Positions 24,097-37,241 of a stretch of DNA of 64,000 nucleotides are shown here, one piece after another. Position numbers and translations under genes: made by a program. How positions within the stretch are numbered: the first letter of the stretch is position 1; each line of letters begins with the position of its first letter. The DNA is from Tricharina praecox (Eukaryota): contig NW_026250428.1 in NCBI RefSeq assembly GCF_024521635.1, positions 186,001 to 250,000 of the forward strand. Reading direction: 5' to 3'. The notes under the pieces are model-generated. The model saw nothing but the letters and a program-made list of their open reading frames with translations, ran no database searches and was not told the origin of the DNA.

Positions 24097-26654
24097 CTCG
24101 ATCTTCGCTGTGGTGGTTCTCGCTGAGGTAGTGCTTTCATCGTGTCGATGTATGTCGGCAGGGTGCGCAGAGTTGGAAGCGGGGTGAGGGATGAGGGGTG
24201 ATGGGTGAGGGACCTCGCCGCCACCGCCTGTCCATAGGGCTGCACATCCCGTTCGGGATCACCGTGCAGTAATAGCGACCTTCCACTCGAGTGATGGCGG
24301 CCGGAACAAAAACATTTCTCGTAGAACCCGAAGGTTCGGCTGTGTACGTGGGTAGGATAGAGTTGCAATATTGCATTCGAAATGAGGGAGGTAATTGAAA
24401 GGTGTCAGCAGACATTTATTGGGGTGCTTCAAGCCTTTTATATGTGCGGCGAACATCTCTCAACACGCGCCATCCCGCGCCATCACTCGTATCAGCTGGG
24501 TCGAATCAGCTAAGACCCAGCTGTCGAGCTCGACGAAGGGACTCCAGCCGTACGCGGCGATGATATCGCAACGGAATTGCATACGAGACATACATATAGC
24601 ACCAGCTACCACTTGAGTTCTGACACAAGCGTGTGCACTCTCCAAACAACGGACAACTTTAATATCATTCTTGATCACTCGGAATTTCATGGACTGGCGC
24701 AAGTTCATAGGCGCAACCCACCATCAGCCATCAGCCACCGCAGCTTCCTGTGGCCAAGTACAAAAACGAGATATGGGATGATCATTCGGTAGTGGCCAGT
24801 GGCCACCATACCCGGCTTCTCTTCCGACGCGAAAGTTCACGGGCAGACCCGAATGGCCTGGGTCTTCATACAAGCCACAGTAGCTGATAGGAAAGAAGGC
24901 CAGCTGCCAGCGTATCTTCCACGATGTGGGCAGATAATGACAATTATTTCGAGATCTAATTCGTCCCGTGTGGATAAGGAGCGAGGAATCAAACGGCCCG
25001 CAAGGGCTGCGAAACTTCGATGGTCTGTCATCACTTCATGGCTCATGTTGTAATCTCAATCCATAATCGTCTCACGTTGGTAAAGACTTCTCACTCCTCC
25101 GTTTATCTAGTATGTGTGGATTGATCACTCGTTTACTTGCTTGTTGTGTACGGACATTGGTTTCTTGCTTGGCGTTACGGTAATTTCATATCGTGAGCTT
25201 CAGGCTTTCAGCCACTTGTTCGGACAGTCGAATATCTTCATATTTTTATCGTAACTGAATACTAGGGTGGTTATGTGGTTTAATTGACACGTGTACCATG
25301 CCAAAAGCCCGCGCTTGGGCTCATGGTCGAATACACAGAATATCACTCGGCTTATAGCCACATTCCCGTGTTGTAAATCGTGAAGGATAGAGTGGTAAAC
25401 AGATATACTGATACGTAAAAAGAGAATACCGAGAGACCTGTGGGGGTAAGGAGGTAGAGGTAGAGGCCTGTTTATCCTGTGTACCATGACTAAGTATCGA
25501 GTGATATATTACACCCCGAGCCGAACGGCTGTCCCTAACCACTCGCTGCCTCTCATCCGAAGGTTGTCGTGCAACGGCAATGCACTATTATTGCGTCTCG
25601 GCCTTCGGGTTCAGCGGGAACCCTACATTTAAGTAGGAGAAGTTTCACACTGGACGCCGCGATCCGAAACTGTAGGGTGAGCACACAGCAGAACGCGTGG
25701 ACAAACGCATAGGCAAACACTCATGCAAGCACTGAGACAAATGAATATACAAACGCATAGGTAGACAAATGCATAGACAAACGCTTCGCGGTCATTTGAC
25801 ATACATATTCCTCCTCTACACAAACGCCGTCACTGACACTACCGTCCCCAAACTGCGTCCTCAAACGTAACTACCCTGAGTATGCATACCGCCCCTGGTA
25901 GGTACGCTGTTTTCCGGAGGTACCTGGCCGACTTGCGCAAGAACGCGCCGGCAGCTGTTGCTTTCCGCCATCCGAGACGTCGGTGGTCACGTTGGCAGGT
26001 TTCCCCTTCGCAAACGCCGTCACCGTTGTAGTGATAAAAGCCTCGTTTGATTTCACCTCCAATCCTACGGATGGGTCGTTGGTAGGGCCGACAGGTTTCA
26101 GTGTTGGCTTTCTCCGGGCTGCCTTCTCTTCCGTTCGGTTGCCTCTAGAACTTACCGGACGAGCCAAAACGTCGATCGATTAGAGACCCATCTTCCTTCC
26201 TCACGGTGTCCTCATATCCAGTTTCCAGCGTCGACTCGTCACCGAGAGATGGATATTCGCCGACACGACACAGTACGGTATTTCCCGTCGAGTTACAAAC
26301 GCTCCAACGCGTGCGGACCCCGGGTCTCCGCTTCCGTTCCGCCCACACCACTAGCGACAGGAAATCTGAAACCACGGCGCGACAGGACGGACGTTTGCAC
26401 GACTCCGCACGGGATCATACGCAGGCCTCTCGTACATATGGATACCTGCACCCAGCGCTAGTGTGCTCAGTGCTCAGTGCATACGAACGGGCAGATGACT
26501 TTGGCAGATGACTCTCGCGGATGACTAGCAGATGACTCTAGAAGACGACTGGCCGACGACTCTGGCAGGTGACTGACAGTTGGCACCACAATCACCGTCA
26601 CACACTGCCGAAACATACTTCCGGCTCGAGCTAGCAGATGGAAGTCCCCGTTCA

Positions 26655-26820
26655 TACTCATCTTGCGTACATATTCAATTCGATTCTCACTCGATTCTAG
26701 TTCTTACTCAATTCGTGTTCGTAGTCAATTCTCGTTCATACCCTATTTCCGTTCGTATCAGCTCGATTCCCGTTCATACCCAATTTCCGTTCGTATCAAC
26801 TCGATTCCCGTTCTTACTCC
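26655..26820. repeat. Degenerate ~37-bp tandem repeat
   Basis: ttccgttcgtatcarctcgattcccgttcwtacyc twice near-perfect, plus decayed copies upstream. Confidence 0.7.
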
Positions 26821-27073
26821 AGGTTCAGTCTAGAGGATCACTACAGTGAAGTTTGAATGTAACGATCTTCCGCCGGGTTGAATGGTTCAAGAAATGTCAT
26901 GATTAGCCGAGAACAACCAACGAACCATCGTGCAGCGATTCCGCAGATCCCAAATCCCACCGGTCCCGTTGGCAACTTCCATGCATGTCTCCACCACGCA
27001 TGCATATTCTGGCCCCGCATATTCTGCCCCCGCATTTCGCAGCGGACGATAATCCTCCGGCGACTGGTAGATA

Positions 27074-27629
27074 TGGTGGGGGAATCCTAGTCGCGATGTA
27101 ATGGGACATTCGTGGAAAAATCGAATTTAATTACAAAACGGGTAATAAATAGCGATTTGTGAGATTTGTTTTAGCAAAAAATGGCATTTTAAATTCCCTT
27201 TTCGTCCTATTTAGTCCACATTTCAGCCTATTATGGTCCTCAACTCACCTGATCGGGCTGTCCATGGGTCCAGATACACTCAATGATGCTTATGTAATAC
27301 AAAATGACCGTGATATGTGGCTCATATGTGGCTCATATGTGGCTCATATGTGGCTTGTTGAGCTAGCACCTTCCTCATCCGGAGTTCGGCAGGGGTTAGG
27401 GGGTTAGGAGAGGGACATTCGGGGGAGCGCCCCACCAAAATCACTTTTTTTCTAAATTCAAACGAAAATCAACCACGCTTTCTACAATTCAAAACTTGTT
27501 ATTAAGTGAATCTAAATATCCTGATCTATCGACTAATAACGAGCTTTAAGAATTTGGTGTGGTTTTGGTGAAGGAGATAGGTGTCAAAGTTGGGGGTGTT
27601 TTTGCATCGGGACTAGGTGTCCCCCACCA
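27074..27629. mobile_element. ~556-bp MITE with ~25-bp imperfect TIRs, TA-flanked
   Basis: Left TA|TGGTGGGGGAATCCTAGTCGCGATG versus reverse complement of the right end TA|TGGTGGGGGACACCTAGTCCCGATG; AT-rich interior containing (ATATGTGGCTC)x~4. Confidence 0.85.
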
Positions 27630-29769
27630 TAACTCTATCCTGCAGGCTGCAGCGTAGCCGATGGGATAACTTAGTTATCGCGGCACTCGCATTGGAGAAT
27701 CGGACGAACTCATGTGGTGGTGAAAGCTAAAAAGCTAAAAACTGAGGTGCTTGATATGCGCTGCCACGATCGCAGCGGTGGGTGGGTGTGGATTCGAATA
27801 CGAGAAGAAGCATCGCGCTGTCAGTGAGGATTCATACAAACAAGCCATAGACCACTCTAAACGCACCGAAATTCTAGACCCTACATATACAGCAGCGTGG
27901 TATATGTAGGTGATGGCACCGTATGCTTGAGATCTCAAGTCGTGAATACGGCCTATCCCCAGCGATGCCCGCCGAGTCACTGGGTGGCTCGGAACGGAAC
28001 TGTCAACGCTAGTGGTTGCGACCACCGAGCAGTGAACACGTCCATCCACTCATGCTGCCATGCAATTCTGGGGCCTCCATGTTTTTGCCTATTTCTACCG
28101 TCACATTCGCCCTCTTTTGCGTATCCAACTTGCTCGTCACTTTCCTGCGTCTCCTTCCTCTATCGCTCTGTTCTTCTGGTCGGTCGCGCTGTTCTTCGGG
28201 CCGGTCGCCCTCTTTTTCTGGCCGGTCTCTTCCCCTCTTACGGCGGCGTTTGAGTTTCCACGCCTTCTAAATTTAATATCCCCCGTTCCGTTTCTCTTCG
28301 ATACTATCCCTAGCAACCTTGAATTGCGCGGAGCAGACCTGCGAAAGATCGTCCAATCATTGACCTACCGTACACGACTGCCAGTCAGCACCTTGAGCCA
28401 AGGAGAAGTGGGCAACGCAACCTAGTAGAATTCCTTCGCTTTGGCGAAGCCTTGCAACAGTGTTGACAGCATTGCAGTCGTCTCCTCTTCCTTAGACTTC
28501 GTTTTTCCCGACTGCCACAAGCACGTGCGTCCAACGACTGGCGATCCCCGACGCACACCACTGGACCGCGCCCGGGAGAATTCCCTGAGTGTGATATGTT
28601 GGTGTCCCCTTCTCTTCCCGCCGAAACCCTGCCTAATTGTTCAAGACGGCCCGCAATAATGACGACACAGCATCGAACTCCCAGTCGCTGGTGAGATGGA
28701 CTGCAATCACCAACCTCCTAACGCTTCGATGGCGTACACCTAGGTTCGGTGATGATCGTGCAACCCCGTATACCCATAGCATCAGTTTTTATGTTTCTTG
28801 GAGTACTGGAGTTCTTTTGGGTTTCACTTTACCTGGGCTGGGTCCCTAATTTCACCATGGGGTTTCTGTTTCTTCCTTAGTGATGGCGACTTCTCGACTG
28901 TCTTTTCTTTGGTGATGGTGGTTCTTTGACTGTCGTTTCCTCAGTGATGGCGATTAATTTACTGTCTTTTCCTCTTTCCTCCTGATTTCGGGAGGCGTGC
29001 GCGTATATTTCTGGTGACTTTCGTTTCCGCGAAATCGGCGTGCATTAAACTCTGATGGCCACCGTGCCCCTGCCAATGGATGCTGTATCCACCTCGATAT
29101 CTCGCTGGATCGTGACATTCGGTGAAGCTGCTAAAGAGCGTCATGGTCGGAGAAAGTCCCCTGTAGACTCCGCATTACCCCCACAAAACAAATGTTCTTC
29201 CAATCAAGGCCCTGTGCATATCTCCGCAAAGATCCGTGCTGTAGGCGGCTGAAATATGCTTCTTGGAGGGTGGTAAAAGGAACGCATAACTGTATGCAGA
29301 ACCGTTCATTCAATCACACAGCGACCCCGCACACTGCGGATCCCGGCAGGCTGTATTGAGGGGAATCTGAAAGCCATAAAACAAACGTTTTGTTTCTCAG
29401 TTGCGGACCCTTTCTGGAAACCCGTCGTATGAAAAGCCCCTAGTCTTTCCCTAGGCCCTGGGAGCGCTGTAGGTGCCAGGTGGCGGTGATGGTGTCGCGC
29501 ATTTGACTAGCGTTGTTCGCGCACGTCGAAGCAGGACACCACATGACTCAGCGTCTCGTTGTGTAGAGTACGTACGGTATCTACTCCCGCTCGTGTTACA
29601 CTCCTCATCCACCAATCCTTCCCCCACTACCCGCCCTATTGCTCGCCACCAACTTTCTCCAAGTCCTCGATCCTCCGTAGCTCCGCATAGCAGCAGGCGC
29701 CTCTCGAAAGCGACAGTCGAAGTGGGCGTAGCCTGTGAGACGCGTTTAGCTAGCTTGTCCGACTCGACG

Positions 29770-30961
29770 ATGGCAACCATGGACCTTACAATACTCTACC
29801 TTCGCGATCCGAACGACGACGCCCGGCTCTCGCTTCTTTCCGCCGCCGAACAGCAAGCCATCAGAACCTCCAGATCTGGCGACCTCGCAGCCGTCGATCC
29901 GTACGACTACACGTGCGACCACGTTCTCCGCGTCTTCGAGGGCGTCCTCGACTCTAAGGATTTGCAATGCATCCGCCATCATGAGATCACCGGCGCTACC
30001 CTTCTCAGACACGCCTCCTTCGCACAGTTGAAGGAAGACTACGGAATCTTTCGTATGGGATCGAGAACCAAGATCCTGTTGGTTTCCGAGCAGCTTCGGC
30101 GCGACAGCAAGCACTGTTGGGAGCTCAGCTATGCAAGAGGCGGTATTCAAGAGGAGGAATACTCACCCACCACCACTCCACAAACTACGTTCCCACGGGC
30201 GGCCACTCCGCCGGCATATCGAGCGACAGCTACACCTGAAACAGCGGCTGCGTGCCCACGGGCCAAGGCCTCGACCCCTGTTCGTCGCTTCTCGCCGTTT
30301 CCGCCCCTCAGGCTGTGGGCGCGGGACTACCCGCTAGTAATCACCAACCCGATCCGGCGCGACGACGGCCGCCCCTTTTGGGCTGACAGTACCGGGACGA
30401 TATTCGAGCCGGAAGTGTGGAAATGCGACGACGGAATTGCACGGAGAGGGAAGACGATGTCCTCGAACGTTGTGGTCTTATGCTGACATTTCCCCAATAG
30501 GCTCAGTCGAGATCTCTGAAGACGAAGCGGTCGGCCTGGCCACAGTCGCATCCCAGACTCCTCCGTCCGAGTCCACTACTGTCATCAGCGATCGCGAGAT
30601 GACCGCAGCAGCAGAGCGTCAGCAACATCGCACACCGACCGCTACATATCGATTCTGTACTCTCTCGCCTCCGCCGTCGCCAGATGGTCTTTCGCACGAT
30701 CTGGTTGATGGGGACGACGGCGACTGGAGTCCAAGCACCCTAGACCACGAGCCGTCGCCCGAAATCCATCTAGGAGATAGTATTGACGCAACCGACGGCG
30801 AATGGAGTCCTCGCATCTTTTCCGAACCGAGGAGCCCGCGCACCGCTTCCGAAGCGCCTACGACTCCGTTCAGTGGCTGCAAGGAAGTGGACACTGAGTC
30901 ATTCACGCTATGGGCCAAACGATTCGCGCCGGGATCCCAGGATACAGACTACCAGGACTAA
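29770..30961 (+). pseudogene. SAM-like domain protein gene, probably disrupted or truncated
   Basis: DPYDYTCDHVL...IRHHEITGATLL...LKEDYGIFRMGSRTKIL fits the SAM pattern. Putative intron 30449-30500 has a GCTGAC branch and TAG acceptor but a GGAAGA donor; early stop at 30961. Confidence 0.55.
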
Positions 30962-31778
30962 TCATCCTGGTCGAAATGAAAGACGGCGATCTCGCAAAGG
31001 CGCCGATGTCACGCACCAACCCTTTTATCCATAACTCTACGAGATTCAAATCGCACCCACTAGACAGCAGTTTCACGATATTCTTACCTTAACCTATATT
31101 TTGAAGATACGAACTACCCCCAGAGTGGGGTCACATGTTGTCCGTTGACACGCTCCCGCGGCGAGTGCATCATCCCCTTCGATAAAGCGCGATGTAAGCC
31201 GCACAATCCATTACAAAGACCGGTGGACCAGTGCACTAAATGTCAGGATTTCGGAAGATCAATGCGAGCGGTGTAAAAGAGCCTACTCTACACGGACTAC
31301 CGCTGCGTGTGAAGTACTGGTACATAGAAATACATTTTGAAAGCTACAACGCATATCCAAGTGAGAACAAGCCGGTGAGGAATGGTGATCCGTAAAAAAA
31401 AACGCCGTGTCGAGTCGAGTGTCGAGCCATGAAAGATTCCGATTGGGCAATCAATGATTTTGACATCCCAGATCTCCAACTTCCCTCGGTCAACCCATAA
31501 CCAACATACGCGCAACCCCAACGCGTCGCACCGCCATCACCGTGATGTTTTAGAACTTTTCGGGGGTGAGATCCTTGCCATGCCATCCTCGAGCCACTCC
31601 AGAGTATCCATAGAGTAGAGAACCCCGGAAAAAACACGCCTGTCTACTATAGTGACCCAGCACGCCCATTTATTGTACACGGATTTCTAAATAGCTAGAG
31701 TACACATACCACCACGCGTCACCACGCGTAGGGGGTTTTTGACATACGATCTATCGCATCCACCTCGCTCGTCGCTGC

Positions 31779-32870
31779 TTACATGTAAGTGGTGGTCTCG
31801 GTGGTCGTGCCCCAGACATGCCACGGCTGGTCCGTGCCAGCGATCCGCTTCTTCTCGACGACGATGTACTCGATCACGGGCTTGGGGATGTCAGTGCCCT
31901 CCACCACCTTGCCTTGCGGTGTGTATCTCGTCACGCTCTGGTTGGTTCCCCGTCAGTATCTCCACAGCAGGCAATGGATGGATGGATGGATGGATAGACG
32001 AGCGCACCTGCAGCGAGTGGATCCGCACGACCGCCTGCTGTCTGCTCAGCGTCGTGCCGGCATAGTGCGCCGCCTTGTACGAGACGATTCTCGGGCGCTC
32101 CAGGTACCTGTGCAGCGTCCACTCCACGCGTGTCTTCCCCCGCGCCATCAACCGCTTCTTGAAGGAGTCGAGTAAGCCCTCGCCGCAGATGATCCGCAGC
32201 GAGTCCACGTCACCCCTATGGCACCGTTCTCATCAGCGCCAGCCGACCGACCTCCGGGGGACAACTCACTGCGCGAATGCGTTGTACATATCGACGTGCA
32301 GCGTGACGGCCACGTTCTTCGGCTCGCGGATGCGGATCTTGGTTTTGGCCATGTACATGAACACGAGTTTGCTTTTTGTTTCGCCGCATTTCAGTCTTTG
32401 TCGCGTTTCTCGGCGCGGTGTGTGGGGTGTGGGTGCGGGGCGCGGGTGGTTGATGTGGATGGGTGGGTGGGTAGGTGGGTTGCTTACTCTCGCCAGTCGA
32501 CCATGCGTGCCTTCGCGCGCGCCCACTCGAGCTTGAAGCGCAATGCGGGGGTCATGATGAGCGACGGGAGCTTCGCGCCCGTGGGCATGATGAAGGTGTC
32601 TACGCGGCGGCGGAACGGTCAGCCACTCGCGAACTCAACACGACCGCAGTACCGGTGGGGAGGAGGCGGACCCGGGAGCAATCCGAGATCGGCAGGGAGT
32701 TCGCCGAGTTCCTGTGCGGCAATCCGGTGGCTCTGCTGCGGCCGCACTTTGGGCATTGGCAGCTGCGTGCCGCGGTTTCCCCCCTTGTAACGGACGTTGC
32801 GAATCGCCGACAGGCGCAGGACTGGCCGCACGGCGGAGGCAGAAGCGGAGGCGACAACCCGGGGCAACAT
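31779..32870 (-). CDS. MBA1: Mitochondrial Tim44-like domain protein (Mba1/mL45 family), 259 aa, 5 exons
   Basis: Exons 32870-32672, 32599-32488, 32371-32270, 32215-32008 and 31937-31779 splice to 780 nt in frame. Arg/Ser/Ala-rich presequence; MYNAFAQGD, QAVVRIHSLQ, EYIVVEK...WHVWGTT motifs. Confidence 0.85.
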
Positions 32871-33484
32871 CGTGGCGTGGCGTGCGTGGCGGGGTGCGTT
32901 GGATGGTGAGTGATGGTCGTGCGTATGTAGGTGCGTGCGGAATAATGGCCCCACCACCAAAAAAAAAAGTTGCTGCGGCTCGGCGATAAGGTAATCTAAT
33001 CTGCTGGCACTAGTTAAGCGGGTGTCTTTCATCCAGGGTGCTTTTGTAGTCCGTCACCCAAATATCTATCAATTGACGCGAATTCTTCTTCGGTATCGGA
33101 TCAAGATATGATAATACATTTGACCATGATAGGCTGGAATGTGGAACAGCAGGCAGGTATGCTCGCGTGAGTATCACTAGCTCTCGGATGAGTGGCACGA
33201 ATCGTGTCTCAGCAGTTCACGTGACCGTGTGATTCCCGAAGTACTAGGGAAAGAAAACATTTTGGGGTGGAGTCTGCTGGTTCTGCAATCTCAAAGGCCA
33301 GGCAGTAGTTGGACTGAATGTAATCTGAATGGTCGTTCAGATTCCATTTGGATTCAGCGACACTATCCGCACCGCGGGCGGCTCTTCGTCCACTGAAGGT
33401 ATGTACTGGCCGGTGAGGCAGTGTCCCTTCTTCAACTAGTATAGCCTCGAGGTCAATCACTTGAGGCGGCCAAAGGCTGCCCAC

Positions 33485-33930
33485 ACAGCCATTGATAGAG
33501 TGCTTCCTGATCGAAACAACGCGTGATTAGTACTCACGTAGAGCAGTAGTCATAAAAGATCACCCGTGCCATGATACCATTGACCAACATGCCAATCTAA
33601 CGGAGTTTAGAAAACAGAGATTATGCACATAATCCTGTGGCAATCGGTCCTCGTCTGGGGCAACCCAAACAGCCATCAATAGAGCGCGGCATGATCAAGA
33701 CAACGCATGAATAATACTCACGTAGAGCGTGATCATAGTGGATCACTCGTTCCAATGAACATCATCGCGCTCTAACAGTCTAATCGACGTAATACCTGTG
33801 CCATACTCTTGTATCTATCAATATTCATCCGTGATAACTCAAATTATCATTGATAGAGTGTGGCCTGATCGAAACAACGAGTGATTGGTACCCTCCCGGA
33901 GGAATAGGCATGGAAAATCACTCGTACGAT
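33485..33930. repeat. Three ~85-bp diverged repeats at ~180-bp period with dissimilar spacers
   Basis: catyratagagyg...tgatcrarac aacg...tac...atcacycgt at ~33487, ~33670 and ~33848. Confidence 0.8.
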
Positions 33931-34891
33931 CGAAAATTATTGCGATCCAAATTTTTGTAAAAGTAGAAGGAGGCCGTATGTGACATTGAATTGGTGTTCT
34001 CTCCCCCACATAAGTACCAGGGGGCTCATGTACGGTCTCTCGTGCGGATCAAGAACCGCTGTTTCAGCACCACGCATCCGAAGAGTAAACCGGACCCCGC
34101 GCTCATCAGAACACTGCATCGCATGGCGAGCCCAGCAGCGTGCCCTGTGGCAGAGAGTGAAAAAAGAAAGCCGATTTTGAGATGTGGACAGGGGGAATTA
34201 CGGGGCTATTGGATGACGGATGTTGCAGCGATGCGGGACTCGGGAGTTCATTCGGGCAATATCTGTGGACTGGATGTATACCTATCTAGATTCTAGACTA
34301 CCTAAACTGTGTCTGAATGCGGCCATAGCGGGAGACCAGGCTGGCTCTGCCTCTAAAGAGTGCCAGGCTTTCTCTACTTCCAGAGCGTACCAGAGACGTC
34401 TAGCAAACGGCAGCAAAGAAGGTTCCACTTGACACAGCTGAAATTGAAGAACGCGTACTCCAAAGGCCGGTGACGTCAAAGCCGCGCGCGCAAGTGTGGT
34501 GTTCAAAATTCTCCACGTGGCGAGTCTGGTCATGAAATTGTAGAGTAAAATGACCATCAATTTCATCCCTGCGGCGGAAAGCCGATCTGGCTGGTGGGCC
34601 GAGTAGGTGGCCTCTATTTCTCCACAAGACGTTGTGCCACGGAAAGTTTCTCCGCCATTCTCTCGTTTTCGCAGACACACGCACTCGTATGCACAAGCTT
34701 TTACCGGCGGCTCAAGAAGCTTATATGAATGCCGCTGGCTCCTCACCTACAGCTTCGCCGGCTCCCGCCGTGTAGATGATTCGTTTGCCACACGCGGAGG
34801 CCCCAGATCTCCCAGACGCCTTGATGACTGCAAGATCCTAGTTTTTTATTACATCATGTGGATTCATCCTTCAGTTACTACACACCATGTA

Positions 34892-37241
34892 CCATATTGA
34901 GCCGTGTACTAAAGTCGTTAGCCTCATTTAGGCCTTGAATAAGCCTATGAAATAAAACAGTCCTCGTATAAGCCAGCGATAAGCACGTTGAACTCGTGAG
35001 GCCTCAGTAAGGGCTGTGTTAAACTAAGGCTGATGTTCTCATTTCCCTAAAATTGTCTTAACTCCTACATAATGCCCAAGCAGCGAAAACCACCATCACA
35101 TAAATAAACATTCTCACTTTTTAAGCCTCATAGCTTTCATCAGGCCTATATCTTCATTGTTGAAATGCACAGCCCTGCTGTACAATAATGACTGTGAGAC
35201 TAGCAGGTTTTGTGAAGCATTATGGGATATATCAGTTCCAGACAGAAAATCCTTACAGCGCCACACGCTCAATTTCTTCACTTGCATTATACTAGCCTTC
35301 AATGAGCCATATTCAAAACCATGGGTTCTATCACTCTTATGAGTTAGCGGTGCATATGGGAAAATCAGCCTGCTTGACACCGGCGGCGGCGGCTCGAGAG
35401 GAGAGGGCGGAGATGGGAGGTTGACCGTCTAGGTATTCTGTAGATGATGATGAGAGCAGTGTTCTCCATAGTCCAGTCCGGACTGCCAAGATCCAGTCCC
35501 GTCCGTGCCTTTTTGCGGACGGGATGAAAGTAGCCCGTCCCGTCCGCCAATTTCCTGGACGAGGTTGGACTGCAGTCTGGTATTGAAAAAAAATGCCACC
35601 ATTTTCAGCACTTACCCCACCAACTTTGATAGTATTTCCCACTCTCATGTGTTGAATTCCGTCCAATGCCAGCAAAACCGTGACCGGCGACACCATCTTC
35701 GTCCGGCACCAGAAATGCCACGCCACAATCTTCGTCTAGGAGCAATAATCTGCGCCACAATCTGCGCCACAATGTTTGTTTGGTGCCATCAACGCCGCGG
35801 TGTCATCTTTAGCCCATGCGCATATGCTTCCCTCGGCAACTACAACCGCCGATAATACGCCGCGGGCTTTCAATCGTGATTTCTATCGCCTTGTACCAAT
35901 CTTGGCAGTCGACTGCAGTCGACTGCAGTCCGTCCCGTCCGACCTCACTGGTGGACTAGTCCGTCCGACAGACACCTCCGGCCGAACTGGATGTATGTAG
36001 TCCAGTCCAGTCCAAGGCCCAGGATGGACGGACTGGACTATGGAGAACACTAGATGAGAGAGAGAGGCAGCTCGGACAGCATCAAACCCGCCAGATATGT
36101 CCTAACATATTATTAGGCGCAGAGTTTTCTGAAGACAGATATGACGAAGCTTATTTTGAAGTTTAAAAACCCCCGGCTCATCCTCTCGACGATAAATCCT
36201 CCTCCTCTTTCTAACAGCTCCTGCTCTGGCTACAACTCCCACTCTCGTACCCCCCCTCCCTCTCTCTCCCCCTCCCCCCCCGCAACGGCAACTGCTAATC
36301 CCACCGCAACTGCTACTGCTACTCCCGCTGATATGTCATCTCTCATATAGCTGCTACTCCCGCTGCAGCTCCTCCTTTCGCTAACAGCTTCGCCATCAAT
36401 CCACCACACCCCCATTGACTCGAACGACGAAATTGCCCGGCTGTAGGTCGAAGACAACGAGCTGTAACGTGACACGTGTTGAAACGAGATGAAGATGTCA
36501 ATTGAGACTATGGACAGGGCAGTGTTTATATACACAGCAAGCGGCCAAATTCCCTGGTGCCGAGTCCATACTTTAAGGTTCCAGATGCTGAATCCGCCTC
36601 TAGGTTCTTGAAGCCGGATCCAGCATCTAGGTTCGGTCTTCCGATCGCTCGGCCGCCTACGGCGCCACCAGAACCCACCTCAAAATCTAGGTTCTGCCAT
36701 CCGATCGGGCATCGCCAGAACCTGCCTCGACAACACGGCGAGGAGTAGTAGGGGGGCACAGTATGGTGAGTGGGGGACGGTATGGGAATGGTGGCGGGGG
36801 ACTAGGGAGCGGGGAAGGAGAGTAGTTTAGGTATATAAGGTTATAGAGGCATTGTATGAGATAAGGCTTGTCGCAGAAGAAGTGATTATGTGCTACTTAG
36901 GATTTCAGGAATCTTTATGAGCGTATAAGCCTTACTAATCCTTATTTTTCAAAATTCCCTACAGAGCCCATATAGAACCCTTATAAACTTCTAAGGCGGG
37001 CCGGCCAGTAGGCGTTGCAGAAGGCTTACGAGTCAGGACTGATTTTCACTGTACTCAGGATTGAGGAAGCCATATTCAACAATCAGAGCTAGAATTTGAA
37101 AACCCTGACTAAGCCTTATTTTACGACAAGAGTTTTGAGGAAAAAATACTAATATTAGTATTTTTTCGTCAAGAGTCTTGTGTTAAAATCGCCCTCATAT
37201 CTGCCATAATACTAACGACTTTAGTACACTGCTCGATATGG
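34892..37241. mobile_element. Non-autonomous TIR DNA transposon, copy 2 (inverted relative to 20212-21595)
   Basis: TA|CCATATTGAGCCGTGTACTAAAGTCGTTAG ... CTAACGACTTTAGTACACTGCTCGATATGG|TA; longer than copy 1 because of a nested MITE and extra internal sequence. Confidence 0.9.
35457..36052. mobile_element. hAT-type MITE (~596 bp) nested in the TIR element
   Basis: TIR YAGTGTTCTCCATAGTCCAGTCC at both ends; 8-bp TSD GATGAGAG at 35449-35456 and 36053-36060; subterminal GTCC/GGAC repeats; empty site in copy 1 at ~21030-21055. Confidence 0.92.

Noticed and set aside
24500..24720. Possible MuDR transposase N-terminal relic (KFRVIKNDIKVVRCLES)
   Set aside because: Similarity too short to support without a search.
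27394..27407. TTAGGG-like telomeric motif
   Set aside because: Only two imperfect units, inside a MITE.
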